Assembly (NCBI GenBank): GCA_041397345.1
Contig: JAWKWU010000008.1
Span: 8,704-72,703, forward strand
Length of the DNA stretch: 64,000 nt
From: Paracoccaceae bacterium
Lineage (GTDB): Bacteria > Pseudomonadota > Alphaproteobacteria > Rhodobacterales > Rhodobacteraceae
Direction: 5' to 3'
Shown here: positions 30,355-39,575 of the stretch, piece after piece
Layout of the letters: each line of letters opens with the position of its first letter
How positions within the stretch are numbered: the stretch's first letter is position 1
Notes under the pieces: model-generated
What the model was told of the DNA's origin: nothing
What the model saw: only the letters and a program-made list of their open reading frames with translations
Database searches by the model: none
Position numbers and translations under genes: made by a program

Positions 30355-30780
30355 ATGTCCGCCGCCGCCCGCCTGCACCAGGAAACCGCCCGCCTGGGAA
30401 CCATCCTCTTTACCGTCACCGTGCTTGACCCGGAACGCGCGCTGGTCTGGCGCAGCTATACCTCCCATCCGGTGGAATACCCGTTGCAAGGGAGCAAGCC
30501 GCAGCCCCGCGACGACTGGTTCATCCACTGTGTCGAGGGCCGCCAGACCTTTGTCGCCAACACGCCCGCCGAATTCGAGCAGCATTTCTTCGACCATGCG
30601 CTGATCACCTCGATGGGCCTTGGCTCTGCCGCCAGCTTTCCGCTGGCGGATGACGCCGGCGTGGTGCGGCTGACCGTCAACCTGCTGGCCGGTCCCGGTC
30701 ATTTCACCCCCCAACGGCTGGCCGCCTATGGCGAAATGATCGAAGCGGCCCGCCCGGACATTCTGGCCGAAGCCGGTTGA
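30355..30780 (+). CDS. Stand-alone GAF domain protein
   Basis: LFTV..RSYTSHP.EYP..GSKP, FVAN..F..HFFDHALI.SMGLGS, TVNLL; GAGG RBS. Confidence 0.75.
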   Translation: MSAAARLHQETARLGTILFTVTVLDPERALVWRSYTSHPVEYPLQGSKPQPRDDWFIHCVEGRQTFVANTPAEFEQHFFDHALITSMGLGSAASFPLADDAGVVRLTVNLLAGPGHFTPQRLAAYGEMIEAARPDILAEAG

Positions 30781-30784
30781 CGCC

Positions 30785-31687
30785 ATGGCCTTTACCCTGC
30801 GCCAGTTGCAGTTCTTCATCGCCGCCGCCGAGGCCGGATCGGTCTCGGGGGCTGCGCGGGCGCTGTCGATCTCGCAGTCGTCGGTGACCGAGGCGATCCG
30901 CGCGCTGGAAGACGATCTCGGGGTGGTGCTGTTCGACCGGCTGCCGCGCGGGCTGGCACTGACCCACAAGGGCAGCGCCTTCCTGCGGCATGCCCGCCAG
31001 ATCCTGGCCGATGTCGCCACCGCCCGGACGGCATTCCAGGCCGAGGCCGAGACCGCCACCGGCCGGCTGTCGCTGGGCGTCACCAGCCTGGTCGCGGGCT
31101 ATGTCCTGTCCGACATCCTCAGCCGGTTCCGCCGCGCCTATCCGCGGGTCGACCTGAACGTGACCGAGGACAACGGCGACTATCTTCAGCACCTGCTGAT
31201 CGGCGGCGAACTGGACGTGGCTGTGCTGCTGACCTCGTCGGTAAAAGATCGCATGGCGCTGCATGTCGAGACCCTGCTGGTCTCGCCCTACCGGCTGTGG
31301 TTGCCGCTGGGCCATCCGCTGGCCGAGCAAGAGGCCATCGCGCTGGAGGATGTTGCCGGCCAGCCGCTGATCCAGCTCATGGTGGACGAGATCGAGGAAT
31401 CGACCCGCCGCCTGACCGCGGCCCTGCCGGTCAAGCCGGAAACGGCCTTTCGCACCCGCAGCGTCGAGGCCGTCCGCAGCCTGGTTGCCACCGGCGCCGG
31501 CCTGGCCATCCTGCCCAGCCTGGTCTACCGCCCCTGGAGCCTGGAAGGCGACCGGATCGAGATCCGCGATGTCTCGGGCGACCTGCCGTCGGTGCAGGTC
31601 GGGCTTGCCTGGCGCCGCGGCGCCCCCCTGCCGCCGCCGGCGCACAATTTCATCCGCTCGGCGCAGTCGGCCATTGCCAGCCGCTAG
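30785..31687 (+). CDS. LysR family transcriptional regulator
   Basis: LRQLQFFIAAAEAGSVSGAA..LSISQSSVT; LFDR; substrate-binding domain. Confidence 0.94.
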   Translation: MAFTLRQLQFFIAAAEAGSVSGAARALSISQSSVTEAIRALEDDLGVVLFDRLPRGLALTHKGSAFLRHARQILADVATARTAFQAEAETATGRLSLGVTSLVAGYVLSDILSRFRRAYPRVDLNVTEDNGDYLQHLLIGGELDVAVLLTSSVKDRMALHVETLLVSPYRLWLPLGHPLAEQEAIALEDVAGQPLIQLMVDEIEESTRRLTAALPVKPETAFRTRSVEAVRSLVATGAGLAILPSLVYRPWSLEGDRIEIRDVSGDLPSVQVGLAWRRGAPLPPPAHNFIRSAQSAIASR

Positions 31688-32163
31688 CCCTTGGAGGCGC
31701 CGCCGACAAAGACGTAATAGGTGCTTTTGCCGTCGGTCGCCACGCCGATCCCCATCTCTCGGATCGAGGGGTTCAGGAAATTGGTCATGTGCGGCGGCGA
31801 GGTGATCCAGATTCCCGCCGCCCGCTTGGCCGAGGCTTCGGTGGACTTGGCAATGTTCTCCACCGCGGCGCGATACCGGTAGCCGGCGGTCTTCAGGCGT
31901 TTCTTTAGCGTGGACCCGCCGGGGCCGACGTGGCTGAAATAGCCGCGCCTGGCCATGTCGCAGGCATGGGCCGTGGCCGCCGATGCCAGCGCCGCCGAGG
32001 GTTTCAGCGTGCCCAGGCCCTTCTTGCGCCGCTGGGCGTTGACCCAGTCCACCAGCCCCGCGTCGATCGCCGCCGCATTCGACGGCCTGTCGCAGGCCTG
32101 CGCCTGCCCGGCCGCTCCCCCGGCCATCATGGCCACCAACATCGCAAAGACCAATCGCCGCAT
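31684..32163 (-). CDS. Secreted CAP/SCP domain protein
   Basis: Signal peptide; VNAQRR, AHACDM..GYFSH, ENIA, W..SPPH..N.L, EMGIG. Confidence 0.88.
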   Translation of the reverse strand: MRRLVFAMLVAMMAGGAAGQAQACDRPSNAAAIDAGLVDWVNAQRRKKGLGTLKPSAALASAATAHACDMARRGYFSHVGPGGSTLKKRLKTAGYRYRAAVENIAKSTEASAKRAAGIWITSPPHMTNFLNPSIREMGIGVATDGKSTYYVFVGGASKG

Positions 32164-32233
32164 CGCCTATCCCCCGGTGCCGTTCGCGCCAGCCTAACAC
32201 GGGCCTTCGCAAAAATAACAGCCGCAGGCGACC

Positions 32234-32250
32234 TATCGGAAAAACCGATA
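32234..32250. promoter_or_regulatory. LysR recognition site (T-N11-A palindrome)
   Basis: TATCGG-AAAAA-CCGATA in the intergenic region between the divergent CAP and SBP genes. Confidence 0.65.
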
Positions 32251-32375
32251 ACAAGCATCCGCGTTTTGTTATTGCGAAACGCCAAGGCGCGCCTAGGCTG
32301 TCTGCCATGCCCGGAAATCCGGCACGCACGGCCCGTGCGGTCAAACTTGTGCGGTCCATCTACAGAGAGGTTCAG

Positions 32376-33532
32376 ATGCATTCCATGAAACTCATGGCCA
32401 CCACGGCGCTTTGCGCCCTGACCGGCCTGTCCCCCGCCCTTGCCCAGATGACCGAGGTCGGCCCCGGCGAGGGGCAGGTGAACATCGTCGCCTGGCCCGG
32501 CTATATTGAGCGCGGCGAAACCGACAAGGCCTTTGACTGGGTCACCAAGTTCGAGGAATCGACGGGCTGCAAGGTCAATGTGAAGACCGCCAATACCTCG
32601 GACGAGATGGTTGCGCTGATGAACGAGGGCGGGTTCGACCTGGTCACCGCATCGGGCGACGCCTCGCTGCGGCTGGTCGCCGGCAAGCGCGTGCAACCGA
32701 TCAACACCGACCTGATCCCTCCTGGGAGCAAGGTCGACGCGCGGCTGAAGGATGCCCCTGGTTCACCGTCGACGGCGTGCATTACGGCGTGCCCTACCAG
32801 TGGGGCCCGAACGTGCTGATGTACAACACCGAGGTGTTCAAGGAACCGCCGACCAGCTGGAACGTGGTGTTCGAGAAGATGGACCTGCCGGACGGCAAGT
32901 CGAACGAAGGCAGGGTGCAGGCCTATGACGGGCCGATCCACATCGCCGACGCCGCGCAATACCTGATGGCGCATAATCCGGAACTGGGCATCACCTCGCC
33001 CTACGAACTGAACGAAGACCAGTACAAGGCCGCGCTCGACCTGTTGCGCGGCCAGCGCCAGCTGGTCAGCCGCTACTGGCACGACGCCTTCATCCAGATG
33101 GATGATTTCAAGAACGAAGGCGTGGTCGCTTCGGGGTCCTGGCCGTTCCAGGTGAACCTGCTCAAGGCCGAGGGCCTGCCCGTCGCCTCGACCATTCCCG
33201 CCGAAGGGGCGACCGGCTGGGCCGACACCACGATGATGCAGGCCGACGCTGCCCATCCCAACTGCGCCTACATGTGGATGGAACACACGCTGTCGTCCAA
33301 CCTGCAGGCCGATCTTTCGGTCTGGTTCGGCGCCAACCCGGTCGTGCCCGAGGCCTGCACCGACGGCTCCGGCATGCAGACCGCCGAAGGCTGCACCGCG
33401 AACGGCATGGACGATTTCGACAAGATCCGGTTCTGGACCACGCCGGTGTCGAACTGCTCGCAGGGCGAAGGCGCCTGCGTGCCCTATTATCGCTGGGTCA
33501 GCGACTATATCGGCGTGATCGGCGGCCGCTAA
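32376..33532 (+). CDS. Polyamine ABC transporter substrate-binding protein (YdcS/PotD-like); frameshift near 32755, probably sequencing error
   Basis: Signal peptide; [18 protein letters not shown], continues [16 protein letters not shown] and EGATGWADT in the next frame. Confidence 0.88.
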
Positions 33533-33633
33533 GGGCGCGCCCCCTTTCGGCGGGGGCCGTGCGCTGCGCCGCCGGCCCCCATCCCTTGCCCGGCCCTTCC
33601 GGCCGGGTCGTTCCTGCCTTGCCCGGATACCCC

Positions 33634-34620
33634 ATGACCGCAGCCGTCGAATTCCGTTCCGTCTCGCGCCATTTCGGCCCGGTAAAGGCCGTGGATGGCG
33701 TGGACCTGACCATTGCCGAAGGATCGTTCTTCGCCATGCTCGGCCCGTCCGGATCCGGCAAGACCACCTGCCTGCGGCTGATCTCGGGCTTCGAGACGCC
33801 CACATCCGGCCAGATCCGCATTTTTGGCGAGGATGTCTCGGCGGTGCCGCCGCACCTGCGCAACGTCAATACGGTATTCCAGGATTACGCGCTGTTTCCC
33901 CATCTCAGCGTGCGCGACAACGTGGCCTATGGGCTGATGGTCAAGGGCGTCGGGCGCCGCGCCCGCCACGCCAGCGCCGATGAGATGCTGGCCATGGTCA
34001 AGCTGGACGGCTACGGCAACCGCAAGCCGGCGCAGCTGTCCGGCGGCCAGCGCCAGCGCGTGGCCCTGGCGCGGGCGCTGGTCAACCGGCCCAGGGTGCT
34101 GCTGCTGGACGAACCGCTGGGCGCGCTTGACCTCAAGCTGCGCGAGACGATGCAGGACGAGCTGAAATCGTTGCAGCACCGGCTGGGCCTGACCTTCGTC
34201 TTCGTCACCCATGACCAGCACGAAGCCCTGTCGATGGCCGACCATCTGGCGGTGTTCAACGAAGGGCGCATCGCCCAGATCGGCACGCCGCAGGAAATCT
34301 ATGACCGGCCCGCCACCCGTTTCGTGGCCGATTTCGTCGGCTCGTCCAACGTGCTGCCTCCCGCCCTGACCCAGGCGCTTGGCGGCCCCGCGCAATGGGC
34401 CTCGCTGCGCCCCGAAGCCACGCGCCTGGCCGAAACCGGCGCGGTCACGGGCACGGTCGTCGCGCTGCGCTACCTTGGTTCGGGCACGCGCGTGGTAATC
34501 CGGCTGGGTGATGCGGAAGTTGCCGCGCTTGTTCCCGCCGGCCAGCCGCTGCCGGCCGAGGGCGAAACCCGTGCCATCGCCTTTGACAGCGGCGCGCTGC
34601 ACCTGATGGGGGGCGCATGA
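33634..34620 (+). CDS. Polyamine ABC transporter ATP-binding protein (YdcT/PotA-like)
   Basis: [41 protein letters not shown]; TOBE-like tail. Confidence 0.93.
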   Translation: MTAAVEFRSVSRHFGPVKAVDGVDLTIAEGSFFAMLGPSGSGKTTCLRLISGFETPTSGQIRIFGEDVSAVPPHLRNVNTVFQDYALFPHLSVRDNVAYGLMVKGVGRRARHASADEMLAMVKLDGYGNRKPAQLSGGQRQRVALARALVNRPRVLLLDEPLGALDLKLRETMQDELKSLQHRLGLTFVFVTHDQHEALSMADHLAVFNEGRIAQIGTPQEIYDRPATRFVADFVGSSNVLPPALTQALGGPAQWASLRPEATRLAETGAVTGTVVALRYLGSGTRVVIRLGDAEVAALVPAGQPLPAEGETRAIAFDSGALHLMGGA

Positions 34621-34653
34621 TGCCCCAGTGGTCCGCCCTTTCCCGGCGTGGCA

Positions 34654-34795
34654 AGAGGGGGCCTTGCCCCCTCGCCCTGCGGGCTCACCCCCAGAGTATT
34701 TCTGCCAAGATGAAGGCACAAAGGCTTTCAGGGCTTCATCTTGGTCCAAATACTCCGGGGGTGAGGGCGAAGCCCGAGGGGGCAGCGCCCCCTTC
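34654..34795. repeat. Inverted pair of about 62-bp REP-like elements forming a long palindrome
   Basis: GGGGGCCTTGCCCCCTC..CACCCCCAGAGTATTTCTGCCAAGATGAAG and its imperfect reverse complement CTTCATCTTGGTCCAAATACTCCGGGGGTG..GAGGGGGCAGCGCCCCC. Confidence 0.8.
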
Positions 34796-34819
34796 GCCGG
34801 CAGGCCTGGGGCGCGCGCC

Positions 34820-35758
34820 ATGAACAGGGGCGCCATTCTTCCCGCGCGCGGCCCGGCAGACCGGCTGACCGGCCTGTTCTGGCGCCGCCCGAACCTGCTG
34901 CTTGCCCTGCTGATCAGCCCGCCGCTGGTCTGGCTGGGGGTGGTCTATCTGGGGTCGCTGGCCGCGCTGCTGCTGCAAAGCTTCTATTCGATCGACGAAT
35001 TCTCGGGCGTGGTGAACCAGGAATTCACCCTCAAGACCTATGCCGAGCTGTTCCGGGCCCAGAACCTGGATATCATCACCCGGACCGTGCTGATGTCGGC
35101 CGCCGTGACGCTGGCCTGCGCCGTGCTGGCCTTTCCCATCGCCTATTTCGCAGCCCGCCATGCCCGCGGCCCCTGGAAAGCGGCGTTCTATCTGGGGATC
35201 ATGCTGCCCTTGTGGTCCAGCTACCTGGTCAAGGTCTATGCCTGGAAGCTGATCCTGGCCCGCGAAGGCATCCTGACCTGGGCGGCAGAGCGCACCCATA
35301 CCACCTTCTTGATCGATGGCCTGCTGTCGATTCCGGGGCTTGAGGGCTCGTCGCTTTCCACCTCGCCCGCCGGTACCTTTGCGGTCTTCGTCTATGTCTG
35401 GCTGCCCTACATGATCCTGCCGATGCAGGCGGCGCTGGAGCGGGTGCCGACCTCGATGCTCGAGGCTTCGGCCGATCTGGGCGCGACCCGCGCGCAGACC
35501 TTCCGGACGGTGATCCTGCCGCTGGCCCTGCCTGGCGTGATTGCCGGGTCGATCTTTACCTTCTCGCTGACGCTGGGCGACTACATCATTCCGCAGATCG
35601 TCGGCAATTCCGCCAATTTCATCGGCATGGCGGTCTATCAGTTGCAGGGCACCGCCGGGAACATTCCTCTGGCCGCCGCCTTTGCGGTGGTGCCGATCCT
35701 GATCATGCTGGTCTATCTGACGCTGGCCAAGCGCGCGGGGGCCTTCGATGCGCTCTGA
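34820..35758 (+). CDS. Polyamine ABC permease (YdcU/PotB-like)
   Basis: PLWSSYLVKVYAW; EAA loop LEASADLGA; FSLTLGDY. Confidence 0.92.
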   Translation: MNRGAILPARGPADRLTGLFWRRPNLLLALLISPPLVWLGVVYLGSLAALLLQSFYSIDEFSGVVNQEFTLKTYAELFRAQNLDIITRTVLMSAAVTLACAVLAFPIAYFAARHARGPWKAAFYLGIMLPLWSSYLVKVYAWKLILAREGILTWAAERTHTTFLIDGLLSIPGLEGSSLSTSPAGTFAVFVYVWLPYMILPMQAALERVPTSMLEASADLGATRAQTFRTVILPLALPGVIAGSIFTFSLTLGDYIIPQIVGNSANFIGMAVYQLQGTAGNIPLAAAFAVVPILIMLVYLTLAKRAGAFDAL

Positions 35759-36557
35759 CCGGCCCTCGCTCCTGCTCCGGCTTTCGGCCATCGGCGGGCT
35801 GCTGTTCCTGCACCTGCCGATCCTGCTGATCTTCCTCTATGCCTTTACCACCGAAGAGCGGACCTACCAGTTTCCGCCCCCCGGCCTGACCACGCACTGG
35901 TTTGCCACCGCCTGGTTCGACCGCCCCGACATCTGGCCGCCGCTTTACCTTTCGCTGAAGGTGGCCGCCATCTCGACGGCGCTGGCGATGATCCTGGGCA
36001 CCTTGGTCGCCGCGGCCATGGCGCGTGCGCGGTTCTTTGGCCGCGACCAGCTGTCCTTGCTGGTCATCCTGCCCATCGCCCTGCCCGGCGTCATCACCGG
36101 CATGTCGCTGCGGTCGGCCTTTGGGCTGATGGACATCCCCTTTTCCACCTGGACCATCGTGCTGGGCCACGCCACATTCTGCATCGTCATCGTCTACAAC
36201 AACGCGGTTGCCCGCCTGCGCCGGCTGTCGGGCGGGATCATGGAGGCCTCGGCCGATCTGGGCGCCAATGCCTTCCAGACCTTCCGCCACATCCTGTTGC
36301 CCAACCTTGGCTCGGCGCTACTGGCCGGGGGCATGCTGGCCTTTGCGCTGTCCTTTGATGAGGTGATCGTCACCACCTTTACCGCCGGCCAGCAATCGAC
36401 CTTGCCGATCTGGATGCTGAACGAGCTGGTCCGCCCGCGGCAGCGCCCGGTGACCAACGTCGTCGCCATCGTGGTCTTTGCCGCCACCTTCCTGCCGATC
36501 CTGGCCGCCTATTACCTGACCCGCTCCGGCTCCGAGACCGCCGGCATGGGCAAATGA
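35748..36557 (+). CDS. Polyamine ABC permease (YdcV/PotC-like)
   Basis: [32 protein letters not shown]. Confidence 0.92.
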   Translation: MRSDRPSLLLRLSAIGGLLFLHLPILLIFLYAFTTEERTYQFPPPGLTTHWFATAWFDRPDIWPPLYLSLKVAAISTALAMILGTLVAAAMARARFFGRDQLSLLVILPIALPGVITGMSLRSAFGLMDIPFSTWTIVLGHATFCIVIVYNNAVARLRRLSGGIMEASADLGANAFQTFRHILLPNLGSALLAGGMLAFALSFDEVIVTTFTAGQQSTLPIWMLNELVRPRQRPVTNVVAIVVFAATFLPILAAYYLTRSGSETAGMGK

Positions 36558-36568
36558 GGGAGACAGAC

Positions 36569-37999
36569 ATGACCATCCAGACCCAGCTTCTGATCGGGTC
36601 CGCCTTCGAGGCAGGGCAAGAGGCGCCCGAGCCGATCCTGAACCCTCGCACTGGCGAGCTGATCCTCGACGTGCCCGAGGCCTCGACCGCCCAGGTCGAC
36701 CGTGCCGTTGCCGCCGCCCGCAAGGCCTTTGAAACCTGGTCGCGCACCACCCCGGCCGAGCGGTCTGCCGCGCTCTTGCGCATCGCCGATCGGGTCGAGG
36801 CCGAAGCCGACAGCTTTGCCGCGCTCGAGGCGCTGAACTGCGGCAAGCCGATCAACGCCGCGCGTGGCGACGAGATCCCGGCCATCGTCGATTGCTACCG
36901 CTACTTTGCCGGCGCGGTGCGCTGCATGACCGGCACGGTGGCCGGCGAATACCTGACGGGTCATACCAGCATGATCCGCCGCGATCCCATCGGCATCGTC
37001 GCCTCGATCGCGCCCTGGAACTATCCGCTGATGATGATGGCCTGGAAACTTGGCCCGGCCGTGGCCGGCGGCAATTGCGTGGTGTTCAAGCCCAGCGAAC
37101 AGACCCCGCTGACCGCGCTGAAGATGGCCCGCATCCTGGCCGAGGAACTGCCCGAAGGCGTGGTATCGGTGATCACCGGGCGGGGCCAGACCGTCGGCAG
37201 CTACCTGATCAACCATCCCGGCGTCGACATGATTTCCCTGACGGGCGACGTGGCAACCGGCAAGAAGATGCTGGATGCCGCCGCCAAGACGGTAAAGCGC
37301 ACGCATCTGGAACTGGGCGGCAAGGCGCCGGTCGTGGTGTTCGACGACGCCGACGTGGCTGCGGTTGTCGAGGGCCTTCGGGCGTTTTCCTTCTACAATG
37401 CCGGGCAGGATTGCACCGCCGCCTGCCGCGTTTATGCCGGGCGCAAGGTCTATGACAACCTGGTGGCCGACCTGACCGCCGCCGCCGCCTCGATCACCCT
37501 GGGCGCCGAAGACGACACCACGAACGAGATCGGCCCGCTGATTTCCCAGCGTCAGCGCGACCGCGTCGCCAGCTTCGTCAACCGTGCGCGTGAGCTGAAC
37601 CATGTCGAAATCACCACCGGCGGCGCGGCAATGGACCAGGGGTTCTACTACCGCCCCACCGTGGTCGCCGGCGCGAAACAGGATGACGAGATCGTGCGGC
37701 GCGAGGTTTTCGGCCCCGTGGTTTCCGTCACGCCGTTCTCGGACATCGACGACGCCGTGGCCTGGGCCAATGACAGCGACTATGGCCTGGCCTCATCGGT
37801 CTGGACCCGTGATGTCGGCCGCGCCATGGCCACGGCCGCGCGGCTTCGCTATGGCTGCACCTGGATCAACACGCATTTCATGCTGACCAACGAAATGCCC
37901 CACGGCGGCCTGAAGCAGAGCGGCTATGGCAAGGACATGTCGGCCTATGCGCTCGAAGATTACACCGTGGTCCGCCACGTCATGGTGAAACACGGCTGA
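36569..37999 (+). CDS. patD: Gamma-aminobutyraldehyde dehydrogenase
   Basis: [31 protein letters not shown] catalytic Cys, EVFGPV, C-terminal VRHVMVKH; follows ydcSTUV-like genes. Confidence 0.88.
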   Translation: MTIQTQLLIGSAFEAGQEAPEPILNPRTGELILDVPEASTAQVDRAVAAARKAFETWSRTTPAERSAALLRIADRVEAEADSFAALEALNCGKPINAARGDEIPAIVDCYRYFAGAVRCMTGTVAGEYLTGHTSMIRRDPIGIVASIAPWNYPLMMMAWKLGPAVAGGNCVVFKPSEQTPLTALKMARILAEELPEGVVSVITGRGQTVGSYLINHPGVDMISLTGDVATGKKMLDAAAKTVKRTHLELGGKAPVVVFDDADVAAVVEGLRAFSFYNAGQDCTAACRVYAGRKVYDNLVADLTAAAASITLGAEDDTTNEIGPLISQRQRDRVASFVNRARELNHVEITTGGAAMDQGFYYRPTVVAGAKQDDEIVRREVFGPVVSVTPFSDIDDAVAWANDSDYGLASSVWTRDVGRAMATAARLRYGCTWINTHFMLTNEMPHGGLKQSGYGKDMSAYALEDYTVVRHVMVKHG

Positions 38000-38004
38000 T
38001 CCTC

Positions 38005-38064
38005 CTCGGTCGACTTCGTCGCCTCGTCGGGGAACCGGCGAGGAGTGACGAAGTCATCGACGAG
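38005..38064. terminator. Long hairpin between convergent patD and mttB-like genes
   Basis: GACTTCGTCGC-CTCGTCGG-GGAA-CCGGCGAG-GA-GTGACGAAGTC; no U tract. Confidence 0.5.
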
Positions 38065-38072
38065 CCTGCCGC

Positions 38073-39575
38073 TCAGTTCATCGGCGCGCCGCCCTCGGCC
38101 TTGCGCCGGGCCACGTAATCCGCCAGCTCTTCGGCCCTGTCCGCTGGCAGCACCGGCTCCTGATACTCGGCCAAGAGCCTTGGCCACAGCGCCGCCGCCC
38201 GTTCGGCGGTGCCGATGCCGCCGGCCTCCTTCCAGGTCTCGTGCGGCGACCAGTCCGACAGCAGCGGCCGGTGGAACGCCTCACGATAGCGGTCCAGCGT
38301 ATGCGCCGCGCCAAAGAAATGCCCGCCCGGCCCGACCTCGGCAATCGCCGCCAGCGCCAGTTCGGCGGCATCGGTGCTGACCGGCTCCATCACCGCCTGC
38401 ATCATCTGCAACATCTCGGCATCCAGCAGCAGTTTCTCGAAACTGGCGGTCAGGCCGCCATGCATCCAGCCCGCCGCATGCTCCATCAGATGCACGCCGC
38501 CCATGATCGCGCCCCAGATCGCCATCTGGCTTTCATAGCTTGCCTGCGCGTCCACCGCGTTGGCCGACGTGACATTGGACGACCGGAACGGCACGCCGAT
38601 ATGGCGCGCCAGCTGGCCGCTGGCCATCGCCGCCTTTGCATATTCCGGCGTGCCAAAGGCGGGCGCGCCGCTGGCCATGTCGACGTTCGAGGTAAAGCCG
38701 CCATACATCACCGGCACGCCCGGCCGCACGATCTGGGTCAGGACGATGCCGGCCAGCGCCTCGGCATGTTGCAGCACCAGCGCGCCCGCCAGCGACACCG
38801 GCGCCATCGCCCCGGCCAGCGTGAACGGGGTGATCACGTTGACCTGCCCGTGTTCGGCCAGCGCGATCAGGCCCTCGGCCATCGGGATATCCAGTTGCAG
38901 CGGCGAATTGGTGTTGATGATGCCCAGCAGGCAGGGCGCGGGCAGGCTGTCCAGCGCCGCGCCCATCCCGATCGCCGCCATGGCGATGCCGTCCAGCGTC
39001 CGCGCCCGGCCCAGCGTCTGCGTCTGCCAGTTCTTGTCCAGCAGCCGGATCTGCGCTGCGTAGATATCCAGATGCCGCGTCGCCGCCGGCAGGTCCATCG
39101 GCTCGAACGGGCCGCCGCCTTCCTGCTGGATCACGTTCAAAGCCTGCACCAGCCGCAGGTAGTCTTCCATTTCGGCCAGGGTTCCGTCGCGCCGGCCGCG
39201 CGCCAGATCCATCACATAGGCCGGCCCGCCGACCGAGGCAAAGACCATGTTGGCGCCACCCAGGGCCAGATTCCGCGCCGGGTTCCGGGCCAGCAGCCGA
39301 AAGGACCGTGGCACCGTTGCCAGCCGTTCGGCCACCAGCCCCGGATCCAGGCGCACCGTCAGGTCCTCGACACCCGCCCCCGCCGCGCGGAACCGGTCAC
39401 GGGCGCCGCCGTCCAGCACCCGCAGGCCGGTTTCGGCCAGCACCCGGCAGGCGGCGTGGTGGATCGTTTCCACCTGATCCCGGCTGATCACCTCGACCGG
39501 GGTCAGCCTGCGCGGCACCTGTCCCCAGGGCCGTTGCGGCACCCCGGCGGCGCGGCGCTCTGCCCGGCGGCTCAT
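38073..39575 (-). CDS. Trimethylamine methyltransferase (MttB) superfamily protein, no pyrrolysine
   Basis: INTNSPLQLD, TPFTLAGAMAPVSLAG, FTSNVDM.SGAPAFGTPE, HAAGW..GGL..SFEK, VGPGGHFFG; no in-frame TAG. Confidence 0.92.
   Translation of the reverse strand: MSRRAERRAAGVPQRPWGQVPRRLTPVEVISRDQVETIHHAACRVLAETGLRVLDGGARDRFRAAGAGVEDLTVRLDPGLVAERLATVPRSFRLLARNPARNLALGGANMVFASVGGPAYVMDLARGRRDGTLAEMEDYLRLVQALNVIQQEGGGPFEPMDLPAATRHLDIYAAQIRLLDKNWQTQTLGRARTLDGIAMAAIGMGAALDSLPAPCLLGIINTNSPLQLDIPMAEGLIALAEHGQVNVITPFTLAGAMAPVSLAGALVLQHAEALAGIVLTQIVRPGVPVMYGGFTSNVDMASGAPAFGTPEYAKAAMASGQLARHIGVPFRSSNVTSANAVDAQASYESQMAIWGAIMGGVHLMEHAAGWMHGGLTASFEKLLLDAEMLQMMQAVMEPVSTDAAELALAAIAEVGPGGHFFGAAHTLDRYREAFHRPLLSDWSPHETWKEAGGIGTAERAAALWPRLLAEYQEPVLPADRAEELADYVARRKAEGGAPMN

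Noticed and set aside
38073-39575. Pyrrolysine recoding in MttB
   Set aside because: The ORF is open for 500 codons without TAG and no pyl genes are present
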